Shown here: positions 16,497 through 25,469 of the stretch, piece after piece
Numbering within the stretch: position 1 is the stretch's first letter
Layout of the letters: every line of letters starts with the position of its first letter
From: an uncultured Planctomycetia bacterium
GTDB taxonomy: Bacteria > Omnitrophota > Gorgyraeia > 1-14-0-20-64-10
Reading direction: 5' to 3'
NCBI GenBank assembly: GCA_964597545.1
Contig: CAZQXN010000001.1
Location: 69,655 to 133,654 of the forward strand
DNA: 64,000 nt
Position numbers and translations under genes: made by a program
The notes under the pieces: model-generated
What the model was told of the DNA's origin: nothing
The model's database searches: none
Seen by the model: only the letters and a program-made list of their open reading frames with translations

Positions 16497-18053
16497 ATGA
16501 AAAGGAGCCAGACCCTGTATCCTTGGTGGGTGAAGCGGGATTTTGACGGTTTCTTCGGGTTGTTCCTGGATAACCTTATTCAGCTGATGCTGATTGTCAC
16601 CCTCTGCGGGGGGCTGCTGGGCTTTCCGGCGGAGCTCATCCTCAAAACCATCCTTCCTGGTGCGGCCATCTCCATTTTGCTCGGCAACATCGCTTATGCC
16701 TTCCAGGCCAAGCGCTTGGCCCGCAAGACCGGGCGGGATGACATCACAGCCCTTCCCTATGGGATCAATACGGTCTCTCTCTTTGGTTATGTCTTCTTTG
16801 TGATGCTGCCGGTAGTGCGGGCCACCGGGAACCCGGTCTTGGCCTGGCAGGTGGGATTGGTGGCCTGTTTGGGATCAGCTGTAATTGAGTTTGTCGGGGC
16901 CTTTGTGACCGAGTGGGTGAGACGCATCACTCCGCGTGCCGCGATGCTGAGTACTTTGGCCGGCATTGCGATCACCTTTATCTCGATGGAGTTTGTCTTT
17001 AGGATCTTTGAGTATCCGGCGCTCAGCATAATCCCGTTGGGGATTCTGCTCCTCTCTTATGCCGGGCGGGTGCGCCTGCCGCTGGGGCTGCCCGGTGGAT
17101 TGGCAGCGCTGCTGGTGGGCGTAGTGCTTGGATTCGTCTTTCGAAAGCTCGGGATGTCAGAGTCGGTGCCACTGCCTTCTGCTTTAAGTTTCACCGGCAT
17201 CCGCTGGGTTGTCGCAGATCTAGCGGCCGGGCTTAGAAGCGGGGCACTCATTGATTACCTCTCGATCATCATCCCGATGGGGCTGTTCAATGTGTTGGGC
17301 TCACTGCAAAACCTAGAATCTGCAGAGGCCGCCGGTGACAAGTACCCCACCCGAAGTTCCCTGGTGATCAACGGGGTAGGCTCCGGGATTGCAGCATGTC
17401 TCGGAAGCTGTTTTCCCACGACCATCTACATTGGACATCCCGGCTGGAAGGCGATGGGGGCAAGGACCGGTTACTCCATTGCCAATGGGGTGGCGATCTC
17501 GGCAATCTGTCTCACCGGTGCGATGGGCTGGATCTTCCGTTGGATCCCCTTTGAAGCAGGAATTGGAATTCTCCTCTGGATCGGCATCATCATCATTGCC
17601 CAGGCCTTCCAAGAAACCCCCAAGCCCCATGCCCTGGCAGTCGCAGTAGGGCTCTTTCCGGCGCTGGCCGCCTGGGGGCTCAACCTCGTTGAGGCCACCC
17701 TGCGTGCGGCCGGCACCTCTGTAAACGCCTTGGGCACCTCGGCCTTTGCCGGGCATCTCGGGATTGCCGGGATGATTGCCTTGGAGCGGGGCTTTATCTT
17801 TACCTCGATGCTCTGGGCAGCCTTCATGGTGGCCTTGATTGAGCATAAATTCCGGCAGGCAGCCAGCTGGATGATTGCCCTTTCCTTCCTCTCCTGGGTG
17901 GGGATGATCCATGCCTATCGAATCACTGAGGCCGGCATCATGAATCACTTCGGTTTCTGCGCCGCCCCGGTCTTTGCAGCGGCCTACCTCGGGGTGGCCT
18001 CCATCTGCTTCGGGATGCACCTGCGCATCCACTATTTTTCTGCCCGGCACTGA
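16497..18053 (+). CDS. Polytopic membrane permease, possibly of the NCS2/AzgA-like nucleobase transporter family
   Basis: The 518-aa ORF has about 12-14 predicted TM helices. The family assignment is a weak guess from the N-terminal pattern (FDGFFGLFLDNLIQLMLIV...). Confidence 0.4.
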   Translation: MKRSQTLYPWWVKRDFDGFFGLFLDNLIQLMLIVTLCGGLLGFPAELILKTILPGAAISILLGNIAYAFQAKRLARKTGRDDITALPYGINTVSLFGYVFFVMLPVVRATGNPVLAWQVGLVACLGSAVIEFVGAFVTEWVRRITPRAAMLSTLAGIAITFISMEFVFRIFEYPALSIIPLGILLLSYAGRVRLPLGLPGGLAALLVGVVLGFVFRKLGMSESVPLPSALSFTGIRWVVADLAAGLRSGALIDYLSIIIPMGLFNVLGSLQNLESAEAAGDKYPTRSSLVINGVGSGIAACLGSCFPTTIYIGHPGWKAMGARTGYSIANGVAISAICLTGAMGWIFRWIPFEAGIGILLWIGIIIIAQAFQETPKPHALAVAVGLFPALAAWGLNLVEATLRAAGTSVNALGTSAFAGHLGIAGMIALERGFIFTSMLWAAFMVALIEHKFRQAASWMIALSFLSWVGMIHAYRITEAGIMNHFGFCAAPVFAAAYLGVASICFGMHLRIHYFSARH

Positions 18054-18063
18054 CGCCTCCACA

Positions 18064-18102
18064 GGGGAAAGGGGCGCATTTACACATTCGCGCCTTTTCC
18101 CC
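18064..18102 (+). terminator. Stem-loop immediately after the permease stop (GGGGAAAGGGGCGC...GCGCCTTTTCCCC)
   Basis: A 13-bp imperfect GC-rich inverted repeat located 11 nt after the TGA at 18051-18053. It has no clear U-tract. Confidence 0.35.
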
Positions 18103-18413
18103 GAGCTATTGATTCCGGGCGGAGAATGTGGCATGGTTGAAGTGAAGGCCGATAAGGGCAAACTCGTCGAAAGGCGGGGACGCAAAACCACAGACCTAAC
18201 CCGACTCCGGCGCCCCGATGTCAACGGCCTGGCCCACAAATCTTAAAGGGCAGGGGCATCCGATGGGCGAGGGGGTCGACAAGGTGGCTGGGTTGCCGAT
18301 CACCGGGCCAAAAAATAAAGGTCCCTACTCCCGGCTTCGCGGTCGGGCACACCGGGACGGGCCGTTCAGGTGATTGTACGGTAGCCTTTATCGGCTTGGC
18401 TTCATACAACTTA

Positions 18414-18475
18414 AGTCCCGCTTGCGCCAGCGGATGCGCCGTTCATCCGTCGGTGTGAGCGGGACTTTTCTTTTA
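18414..18475 (+). terminator. Intrinsic-terminator-like nested hairpin followed by TTTTCTTTT, 30 nt upstream of the cNMP/patatin gene; a candidate attenuator or the 3' end of an sRNA
   Basis: AGTCCCGCT (18414-18422) pairs with AGCGGGACT (18457-18465), and an inner stem cggatg...catccg is nested between them. The T-run spans 18466-18474. Confidence 0.45.
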
Positions 18476-18503
18476 AGACTCAGGCTGATATCATGAGCCC
18501 ACG

Positions 18504-20564
18504 ATGAGTGCTCCCCGTCAACCGGCGGAACATTCCGCCCGATCCAATAAGCGTCTTCTGCTGCAGCAAATTTCTCTGTTCGCTGACCTTACGGACGAGC
18601 AGCTGGATTTCGTTGCCGACCGATCCCGCCTGGATGAATTCGACAAGGGTCAAACCATTTATACCCGGGGGGACAAGCCGGATTCCTTCTATGGCTTAGT
18701 CAGCGGCCGGGTTCGGATCTATGGGGGAGCCCCCGACCAGGCCCAGCGAGAGATCCTGGAGGTCCTGCACCGCGGCGACTACTTCGGGATGATCTCGATC
18801 CTCACCAATGAGCCTCATTCGGTGACGGCCGAGGTGGTCAACGATTCAATCCTCTTTAGAATTCAGCGGCCGGACTTCGAGGCGATCCTCAAAGAGATCC
18901 CAGCAGTTGCCGTTCACCTGTCCACCACCCTCTCTCGACGCCTGCGCCAAAAGGACTTAGGTGAGAAAAAGATCTTTGAGTCCACTCTGATCTCCATCTA
19001 CAGCCCGCTTAAGGGGACCGGACGCACCATGTACGGGATCAATCTGGCGAGCTCCCTTCACCGGGAAACCGGCAAGAAGGTGATTCTCCTCGATATGAGC
19101 CCTGCCGGGGATGCGGTCTGCCAGGCGATGGAGCGGCCTAAATGCCCCACCCCATTGAAGCTCAAGGGGGTGCGGTTTAATCAAGATCAAGTGGCCTTAG
19201 CCATTGCCCACCACCCTGAGGTGGGCTTTGACACGCTGAACATCGCGCACGACCCCAATGTCGCCTCGGATGTGACACAGATCACCCCGCTGTTATCCTA
19301 TTTGGCGAACTCCTATCATTTTGTCATCAGTGATCTGCCGCACGAGATGGACCGCACGGTCTTCAAGGCGCTGGCGCAGGCAGACCTCATTCACTTGGTC
19401 TCAACCGGGGCCAGGGCTCAATTGCATACCACCGCCGATGTCCTCGAGGATCTCAAGAAAACCGTGCAGATGGTGGACGAGCGGGTCAAGGTGGTGGTCA
19501 ACGAGAGCACCGCCAATACCGATCAGGCAGAGCGGACCTTGATTCTCAATCGCAAGGTGTACGCTACCCTGCCCCGGGTCGATGCCACCCCGGCTCCGGG
19601 GCATCCCATTGTCTCGGCCCATCCGAATTGGGAATATGCCCAATCGGTCCGCCGGATCGCGCGGGAGATCGGAGAGGTGCTGGTGGGCCTGGTACTTGGC
19701 TCCGGGGCAGCCTTGGGGCTGGCGCACATCGGGATCTTAAGGATCTTAGAGCGTGAGAAGATCCCCATCGACATCATTGCTGGTTCTTCCATGGGGGCGC
19801 TGATCGGCACCTTATGGGCCTCGGGGCTCTCCTCAAACCAGATTGAGGAGATTGCCAGCAATTTCAAAACCAAGGCCTCCCTTCTGCAATTGATCGACTT
19901 GACCATCCCGAAGTTTGGGATCTTTACCGGCCGGCGCATCACCAAATTCTTGGCGAATGAGTTCGAGGATATGACCTTCCGAGACCTGAAGCTGCCCATG
20001 AAGGTGGTGGCCTGCGATTATGTCCGGCGGGAGGTAGTGGTGTTGGACGAAGGGCCGGTGGTGCCGGCCATTCGGGCTTCGGTCTCGATCCCGGGAATCT
20101 TTGAGCCGGTCAAGATCAACCACCGTTGGTTGATTGACGGCGGCGTGCTGGATCCGGTGCCGGTAGACACGCTGGCTCAGATGGGGGTGCACAAGATCAT
20201 TGCGGTCAATACCCTGCCCAGCCCCACAGACATTCGCCGCAAGCAGGTGGAGGGAGCTGCCGAGTGGGGAGAGATCCGCCGCCAGGCACAGCGCAAGGGA
20301 CTGCTGCATGCCCTTTTGTTCCAGATGAGGCTCGCCTTCCGCAACTGGCGAGATCCCAACATCTTGGACGTCATCATGCATTCGATGCAGGCCATGGAGT
20401 ACGAGCTGGCGGAGGCTGCTTGCGCTCAGGCAGATGTGGCACTCCACCCGACGATCCCCCGAATCAACTGGTGGGAGTTCTATAATGTGGATGAGTTGAT
20501 TGAAGAGGGGACGCGCCGGGCAGAAGCGCACTTGGATGAAATCAAGCGATTGGTGTCTGAATGA
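18504..20564 (+). CDS. Cyclic-nucleotide-binding domain / degenerate ParA-MinD-like domain / patatin-like phospholipase fusion protein
   Basis: The N-terminal cNMP-binding fold reads ...FDKGQTIYTRGDKPDSFYGLVSGRVRIY.... The middle region has a degenerate Walker A (SPLKGTGRTMYGINLASSLHRETGKKVILLDMS). The C-terminal part is patatin-like, with GSSMG (GxSxG), DGG and oxyanion-like VLGSGAALG motifs. Confidence 0.8.
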   Translation: MSAPRQPAEHSARSNKRLLLQQISLFADLTDEQLDFVADRSRLDEFDKGQTIYTRGDKPDSFYGLVSGRVRIYGGAPDQAQREILEVLHRGDYFGMISILTNEPHSVTAEVVNDSILFRIQRPDFEAILKEIPAVAVHLSTTLSRRLRQKDLGEKKIFESTLISIYSPLKGTGRTMYGINLASSLHRETGKKVILLDMSPAGDAVCQAMERPKCPTPLKLKGVRFNQDQVALAIAHHPEVGFDTLNIAHDPNVASDVTQITPLLSYLANSYHFVISDLPHEMDRTVFKALAQADLIHLVSTGARAQLHTTADVLEDLKKTVQMVDERVKVVVNESTANTDQAERTLILNRKVYATLPRVDATPAPGHPIVSAHPNWEYAQSVRRIAREIGEVLVGLVLGSGAALGLAHIGILRILEREKIPIDIIAGSSMGALIGTLWASGLSSNQIEEIASNFKTKASLLQLIDLTIPKFGIFTGRRITKFLANEFEDMTFRDLKLPMKVVACDYVRREVVVLDEGPVVPAIRASVSIPGIFEPVKINHRWLIDGGVLDPVPVDTLAQMGVHKIIAVNTLPSPTDIRRKQVEGAAEWGEIRRQAQRKGLLHALLFQMRLAFRNWRDPNILDVIMHSMQAMEYELAEAACAQADVALHPTIPRINWWEFYNVDELIEEGTRRAEAHLDEIKRLVSE

Positions 20565-20590
20565 AGTCGGTACCCAAAGGAGAGCGTTGA

Positions 20591-21823
20591 ATGGCTATTT
20601 ATAAAGCAGGTGTGATCGGTGCCGGAACGATGGGTGCCGGAATCGCTCAGGTGTTGACCTTTAACGGCATCCCCGTGGTCTTAAAAGAGGTCAATGATGA
20701 GTTTCTCCAGCGCGGCATGGGGATGATCCGCAAGGTGTACGAGGGACGGGTCGCCAAGAAGCGGATGACGTCGGAGGAGATGGAAGAGAAGCTTAAGCTC
20801 GTCACCCCAACCACCAGCTACGACCCCTTGAAGGAAGCGGATCTGGTGATCGAGGCGGTGCCGGAGCTGATCAAGCTTAAGATCGAGATCTTCAAGGCGC
20901 TCGATGAGATCTGCTCTGAGGGGACCATCTTGGCCACCAATACATCGGCCCTGTCGGTCTCCGGGATTGGGGCGGTGACCAAGCGCCCGGAGCGCGTAGT
21001 CGGTATGCACTTCTTTTTCCCTGCCCACATCATGAAGCTGGTGGAGGTGATCCCGGGGCTTAACACCAGCGACGAAACCGTCGAAGAGGTGACGGGGCTG
21101 GCAGAGAATCTGCGAAAATTCCCGGTCAAGGTCAAGGAGTGTCCGGGCTTTCTGGTCAACCGGCTGCTCATGCCGTACTTGAACGAAGCGGTGATGGCAC
21201 TCGAGGAGGGGGCTGCCGGTGTCGAGGAGATCGACAAGGGCATGAAGGATCTGGGCTGGCCGATGGGCCCCTTCACCCTGATTGATGCGTTGGGGCTGGA
21301 CATCTGTGCGGAGGCCGGTAAGGTCCTCTGGCAGGGTTACGGCGACCGGATGCACCCGGCTCGACTGTGGATGCGGATGCTGGAGCTCAAGCGCTTGGGC
21401 CGAAAATCCGGCAAGGGCTTCTACGATTACGGAGAGCCCGGTTCCAAGGCAGCCGGTCAGGTGGATGCAGCACTTCAAGCAGAGATTGAGAAGCTCAGAA
21501 AAGAAACCGGCAAACCCAAGACTGCCTTTACCCCGGAGCGGCTGATGACCCTCATCATCAATGAAGCGGTGCTCGCTCTGCAGGAGGAGGTCTCCTCGGC
21601 AAGTGAGATTGAGATCGCAGTGCTGGCGGGGCTGGGGTACCCACCCTCCAAGGGGGGGCTGCTGCATGCCGCCGACCAAATAGGAATCGATACGCTCACC
21701 GATACCCTGGACCGGCTCGCCCAGGAGTTGGGCTTTCGGTTTCATCCGGCCTATCGCTTGAGGACCATGCGCAATGCCGGGTACCTGGGGGCCAAAACCA
21801 AACAAGGATTCTTTAGTTATTAA
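20591..21823 (+). CDS. 3-hydroxyacyl-CoA dehydrogenase (NAD-binding)
   Basis: The N-terminus has a Rossmann GxGxxG motif (IYKAGVIGAGTMGAGIAQV), followed by 3HCDH N and C domains. The RBS AAGGAG lies 9 nt upstream of the ATG. Confidence 0.85.
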   Translation: MAIYKAGVIGAGTMGAGIAQVLTFNGIPVVLKEVNDEFLQRGMGMIRKVYEGRVAKKRMTSEEMEEKLKLVTPTTSYDPLKEADLVIEAVPELIKLKIEIFKALDEICSEGTILATNTSALSVSGIGAVTKRPERVVGMHFFFPAHIMKLVEVIPGLNTSDETVEEVTGLAENLRKFPVKVKECPGFLVNRLLMPYLNEAVMALEEGAAGVEEIDKGMKDLGWPMGPFTLIDALGLDICAEAGKVLWQGYGDRMHPARLWMRMLELKRLGRKSGKGFYDYGEPGSKAAGQVDAALQAEIEKLRKETGKPKTAFTPERLMTLIINEAVLALQEEVSSASEIEIAVLAGLGYPPSKGGLLHAADQIGIDTLTDTLDRLAQELGFRFHPAYRLRTMRNAGYLGAKTKQGFFSY

Positions 21824-21825
21824 AC

Positions 21826-21866
21826 CCGGTACCGGGTACGCCTGTTGATAAGTGTACCCGGTACCG
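21826..21866. repeat. Dispersed palindromic element, copy C (CCGGTACCGGGTAC - loop - GTACCCGGTACC), between the dehydrogenase and the hydratase
   Basis: It begins 3 nt after the TAA at 21821-21823. The stem is 12-13 bp, and the loop gcctgttgataagt is related to the loop of copy A. Confidence 0.65.
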
Positions 21867-21881
21867 CTTGAAGGAGGAGTG

Positions 21882-22667
21882 ATGGCTGACTACCAATATT
21901 TAGGTGTTTCAACCGAGGAGAAGATCTGTACGCTGACCATCAGTAACCCGCCGGCGAACCTGCTCTCCCGAGCTGTGTTGACTGAGATCAACGGCTTCTT
22001 GGAGGGGCTGGAGAAGGATCCGGGTGAGGTCAAGGTGCTCTTGATCACCGCTGCCGGCACCTTTTTTATCGTGGGGGCCGACATCACTGAAATCTCGAAC
22101 ATCAAAGGGGCAGCCGAAGGCGAGGAGGCAGCCTCCCTGGGTCAGAAGGTGATCAACAGGCTTGAGAAGCTTCCAATCCCGACGATTGCCGTCATCAACG
22201 GCCACTGCTTGGGTGGGGGCAATGAGCTGGTCATGGCCTGCTCGATCCGAATCGCCAATGAGCGGGCCCGATTCGGCCAGCCGGAAATCAGCCTAGGGAT
22301 CTTGCCCGGCTTTGGCGGCACGCAGCGGCTGACCCGGCTTGTGGGCAAATCCCGCGCTCTGGAGCTGATGCTGACCGGCGACATGATCAACGGCAAGGCG
22401 GCCGAGGCGATGGGGTTGGTCAATAAGGCAGTTCCTGAGTCGGAGCTGATGAAGCAGGCCAAGGGGCTGGCCAAGAAGATCGCCGAGAAGAGCCGGCCTG
22501 CATTGGAACGAATCCTGCGGCTTGCTCGAGAAGGGGTGACCCTACCCTTGGAGGAAGCCCTTAAAATCGAGGCCAAGCTCTTCGGTGAGCTGTGCGCGAC
22601 CGAGGACATGAAAGAGGGGCTTTCTGCATTCCTGCAGAAGCGCCGACCCAAATTCCAGGACAAATGA
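21882..22667 (+). CDS. Enoyl-CoA hydratase/isomerase (crotonase family)
   Basis: The crotonase fold is evident (...AVINGHCLGGGNELVMACSIRIANERARFGQPEISLGILPGFGGTQRL...). I placed the start at MADYQYLG, which has a GGAGG RBS 7 nt upstream; the longer ORF beginning at 21852 would start inside the palindromic element. Confidence 0.85.
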   Translation: MADYQYLGVSTEEKICTLTISNPPANLLSRAVLTEINGFLEGLEKDPGEVKVLLITAAGTFFIVGADITEISNIKGAAEGEEAASLGQKVINRLEKLPIPTIAVINGHCLGGGNELVMACSIRIANERARFGQPEISLGILPGFGGTQRLTRLVGKSRALELMLTGDMINGKAAEAMGLVNKAVPESELMKQAKGLAKKIAEKSRPALERILRLAREGVTLPLEEALKIEAKLFGELCATEDMKEGLSAFLQKRRPKFQDK

Positions 22668-24460
22668 CCGAAAACGAAAAAACAATCCCCGGGATGTTTG
22701 ACGCTAGAACCCAGCGGTACGGGGATCGAGCAGTGTGCAAGGTCAAGCGAGGCCTGACCTACCAAGATATTTCTTGGAGGGAGCTCAACGCCCAAGTCGA
22801 GGAGCTGGCCCTGGGGCTTCTGGATCTTGGGGTTAAACCCGGGGACCGGCTGGCCATTCTCGCCGGGAACCGGCCGGAGTGGGCAGCGGCAGATCTGGCA
22901 ATCCTGTCGGTCGGGGGTGTGACCGTTCCGATTTACACCTCCCTGACCCCCGAGGAGATTGAGTACATCCTCCGGCATGCCCAGACACACGTTGTTTTTG
23001 TCGCAGATCCGGAGTTGATGAGCAAGGTCCTTCCGTATCAAGAATCGCTGGACCTTAAGATCATCCTCTTCGACGCCCCTTACCGCGCCTCTGGACCGCG
23101 CATCTGGTGGATCGGAGAATTCATCGGGCTCGGGCGCACTGCAGGCCCCGCCCTGCGCCGGATGCTGCCTGAGCGCCGTGGGGCGATCGGTCCCAATGAC
23201 TTGGCCTCGATCATCTACACCTCCGGCACCACCGGCCCCCCTAAGGGGGCGATGCTCACACATGACAATTTTCTCTCCAACTGCCGCGCCATTGCCCAAA
23301 TCGTCCCCATGGGATCGGAGGATTTGACCCTTTCTTTTCTGCCCCTCTCGCACGTCTTTGAGCGAACCGCCGGATATTACTTCGTCCTCTTCCAGGGGGG
23401 AACCATCGCCTATGCCGAGAACCAGGAATCAGTGCCTCGGAATCTCCTGGAGGTTCGCCCCACGGTGGTGACGGCAGTGCCCCGTTTCTACGAGAAGATC
23501 TACGAACAGATTGAGACCAACATTCGCTCTGCCTCCAAGCTCAAGCAGAAAATCTTTGCCTGGGCCTTGGAGGTCGGACGCAAACGAACGCAGCGTTTTC
23601 TCGACGGGCTGCCGATTGCACCCACCTTAGCCGGTGCTTACGTGGCGGCGGATCTCGTGGCTTTCTCCAAGCTGCGCGAGCGCCTCGGGGGAAGGTTGCG
23701 CTTCTTTGTCTCAGGGGGCGCACCGCTCTCTAAACCATTGGCTGAATTCTTCTATGCCGCAGGGATCTTGGTGCTGGAGGGCTACGGCCTGACAGAAACC
23801 TCGCCGGTCATTACCGTCAATCGCCCGGGGCAATTTCGCTTCGGCTCGGTGGGACCCCACATCCCGGATGTGGAGCTTCGAATCGCCGAGGACGGCGAGA
23901 TCCTAACGCGCGGTCCCCACGTCATGCAAGGGTATTTCCAGAACGAAGAAGCGACTCGCAGCGCGATCGATGCCGAGGGGTGGTTCCGTACCGGCGACAT
24001 CGGCAGCTTAAGCCCGGAGGGATTCTTAACGATTACCGACCGGAAGAAAGACCTCATCAAGACTTCAGGCGGCAAGATGGTGGCTCCCCAGAACCTGGAG
24101 GCTAAGCTCAAAGCTGATCCTTACATTGCTGACTGTGTTGTAATCGGAGATCGCCATAAGTATCTGGTAGCACTTGTGGTTGCGAATTTCGCGAAACTTG
24201 AAAATCTCGCCTGCCACCTCTCGATCCCCGCTGTCAACCTCAAGGATCTGCTGGAGCATCCCGGAATCCTGGAGTTCATGGACAAACGGCTAGCCCAGAT
24301 TAACAAGGAGCTTGCCCCCTTCGAGCAAATCAGGAAGATTGCCCTGCTGCAGGAGCCTTTCAGTCAGCTGGGCAGGGAATTGACCCCTACCTTGAAGGTG
24401 AGGCGCCGGGTTGTGGCCGAGCGGTATGCCGACCGGATTGAAGCGCTGTACCAAGATTGA
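22664..24460 (+). CDS. Long-chain fatty-acid--CoA ligase (AMP-binding family)
   Basis: The AMP-binding motif IYTSGTTGPPKGAMLTH, TGD and a C-terminal ...GGKMVAPQNLE are present. The start ATGA overlaps the stop of the hydratase. Confidence 0.85.
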   Translation: MTENEKTIPGMFDARTQRYGDRAVCKVKRGLTYQDISWRELNAQVEELALGLLDLGVKPGDRLAILAGNRPEWAAADLAILSVGGVTVPIYTSLTPEEIEYILRHAQTHVVFVADPELMSKVLPYQESLDLKIILFDAPYRASGPRIWWIGEFIGLGRTAGPALRRMLPERRGAIGPNDLASIIYTSGTTGPPKGAMLTHDNFLSNCRAIAQIVPMGSEDLTLSFLPLSHVFERTAGYYFVLFQGGTIAYAENQESVPRNLLEVRPTVVTAVPRFYEKIYEQIETNIRSASKLKQKIFAWALEVGRKRTQRFLDGLPIAPTLAGAYVAADLVAFSKLRERLGGRLRFFVSGGAPLSKPLAEFFYAAGILVLEGYGLTETSPVITVNRPGQFRFGSVGPHIPDVELRIAEDGEILTRGPHVMQGYFQNEEATRSAIDAEGWFRTGDIGSLSPEGFLTITDRKKDLIKTSGGKMVAPQNLEAKLKADPYIADCVVIGDRHKYLVALVVANFAKLENLACHLSIPAVNLKDLLEHPGILEFMDKRLAQINKELAPFEQIRKIALLQEPFSQLGRELTPTLKVRRRVVAERYADRIEALYQD

Positions 24461-24522
24461 CCCTCCCTTAAGCACCCCCTTTTCACCCCCTGATTCTTTT
24501 TTTAGCCCCAAATAATCCTTGC

Positions 24523-24552
24523 TTGTAACTCACCAAAAAACCTTGCTAAAAT
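24523..24552 (+). promoter_or_regulatory. Candidate sigma70-like promoter (TTGTAA - 18 nt - TAAAAT) in an AT-rich spacer upstream of the hydrolase gene
   Basis: It lies in an unusually AT-rich 170-bp intergenic stretch within a 60% GC genome. This rests on hexamer similarity only. Confidence 0.2.
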
Positions 24553-24632
24553 ATGACCTTAGTGTATGTCTAGCTGAGTGTTCCAGCGCCCAGCTCCCCG
24601 GGGTCCTGGATGGCAGGAGAGGTGTGTCTAGG

Positions 24633-25469
24633 ATGACGGAGAGCTCTGACAATTTGGTCTCCGGAGATGGGCTGCGTCTGTCTTATCGCCGTTGGGAGGC
24701 AGCTCAAGCGAAGGGGGTTTGCCTGGTGACGCACGGGATTGCGGAACACAGCGGACGATACGCAGGGCTGGCCAAGACCCTGACTGAGCACGGACTGTCT
24801 GTCTGGGCTCTGGATCATCGGGGACATGGCCGATCCCAAGGGCGGCGGGGAGATTGCCGCACGCTCGGGGATTATGTTCAGGATCTCCATCGACTGCTTG
24901 AGGTTTCTCTGCAAGCCACACCCACCCTGCCCCGTATCTTAATCGGACACAGCCTGGGAGGATTGATTGCCTTGGCTTTTGCAGTACGATTCCCCTCTTG
25001 CATCAAGGGAGTTGCCGTTTCCTCCCCTGCCTTCAAGCTGGCCGAAGAGCCTTCCCGCATCAAGCTCCTTGCGGCTCAGCTCTTTTCGCACCTTCTCCCT
25101 ACAGTTCCCATTCCCAACGGGGTTAACCCTAAGCATCTCTGTCGAGATCCCCAGGTGGTCCAAGGCTACAGGACAGATCCCCTGATTCACCGAGTCGTTA
25201 CCGCCCGGGCAGCCGTGGTGCTCAGACAAGCCCTCTCAGATTCCATCAAGCTCGCAGGCCAGCTGCGCATCCCGGTCCTCATGCTTCAAGCAGGGGCCGA
25301 CCGGGTCTGCGACACCCGAGCGGCCGAGCGCTTTGTGCGCGCCGTGGATCCCAAGTGGATCACCACCCATCGATACGAAGGCCTTTATCATGAGCTCTTC
25401 AATGAACCTGAGCTGGAGCGTGTCATGGCCGATCTCATCCGCTGGACAGAAAAGGTGCTTGAGTCATGA
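24633..25469 (+). CDS. Alpha/beta hydrolase (lysophospholipase / monoacylglycerol-lipase-like)
   Basis: A GHSLGG nucleophile elbow and the fold order HG...GHSLGG...D...H are present. I chose the start at MTESSDN. Confidence 0.75.
   Translation: MTESSDNLVSGDGLRLSYRRWEAAQAKGVCLVTHGIAEHSGRYAGLAKTLTEHGLSVWALDHRGHGRSQGRRGDCRTLGDYVQDLHRLLEVSLQATPTLPRILIGHSLGGLIALAFAVRFPSCIKGVAVSSPAFKLAEEPSRIKLLAAQLFSHLLPTVPIPNGVNPKHLCRDPQVVQGYRTDPLIHRVVTARAAVVLRQALSDSIKLAGQLRIPVLMLQAGADRVCDTRAAERFVRAVDPKWITTHRYEGLYHELFNEPELERVMADLIRWTEKVLES

Noticed and set aside
17313-18239. 308-aa ORF on the minus strand, antisense to the permease gene. Similar long antisense ORFs occur at 20681..21805, 22142..23353, 40312..41214, 37160..37792 and 8076..8507.
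   Set aside because: They lie entirely inside well-supported genes on the opposite strand. Their composition is Pro/Arg/Gly-rich with no motifs, as expected for antisense frames in a 60% GC genome. I treat them as spurious.
18133-18246. 37-aa small ORF (MVEVKADKGKLVERRGRKTTDLTRLRRPDVNGLAHKS) in the long intergenic region
   Set aside because: There is a weak GGAG nine nt upstream but no other support. It is more likely part of a non-coding leader or sRNA. I kept it only as a remote possibility.
18240-18475. Possible tmRNA, 6S or SRP RNA in the 450-bp intergenic region
   Set aside because: The stretch beginning gcaggggcatccgatgggcgaggggg superficially recalls a tmRNA 5' end. However, there is no GGAUUCGAC-like motif, no tag ORF, no CCA-like 3' end, and the length is wrong. 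There are no SRP or 6S consensus elements either. I keep it as an unclassified structured region.
2038-21866. CRISPR array built from the GGTACCGGGTAC palindromes
   Set aside because: The copies are 13.8 kb and 6 kb apart and are not in a regularly spaced array. Each is a self-complementary hairpin rather than a direct-repeat array. There are no cas genes.
22592-22663. N-terminal extension of the acyl-CoA synthetase ORF (MRDRGHERGAFCIPAEAPTQIPGQ...)
   Set aside because: It overlaps the 3' end of the hydratase gene by 76 nt. The downstream ATG (MTENEK) gives the standard ATGA stop-start overlap. Similarly, I rejected the long upstream extensions of ORFs 28982 (geranylgeranyl reductase), 54940..56235 (CgeB-like), 24519 (hydrolase) and 46946 (epimerase) in favour of internal starts that abut neighbouring genes.
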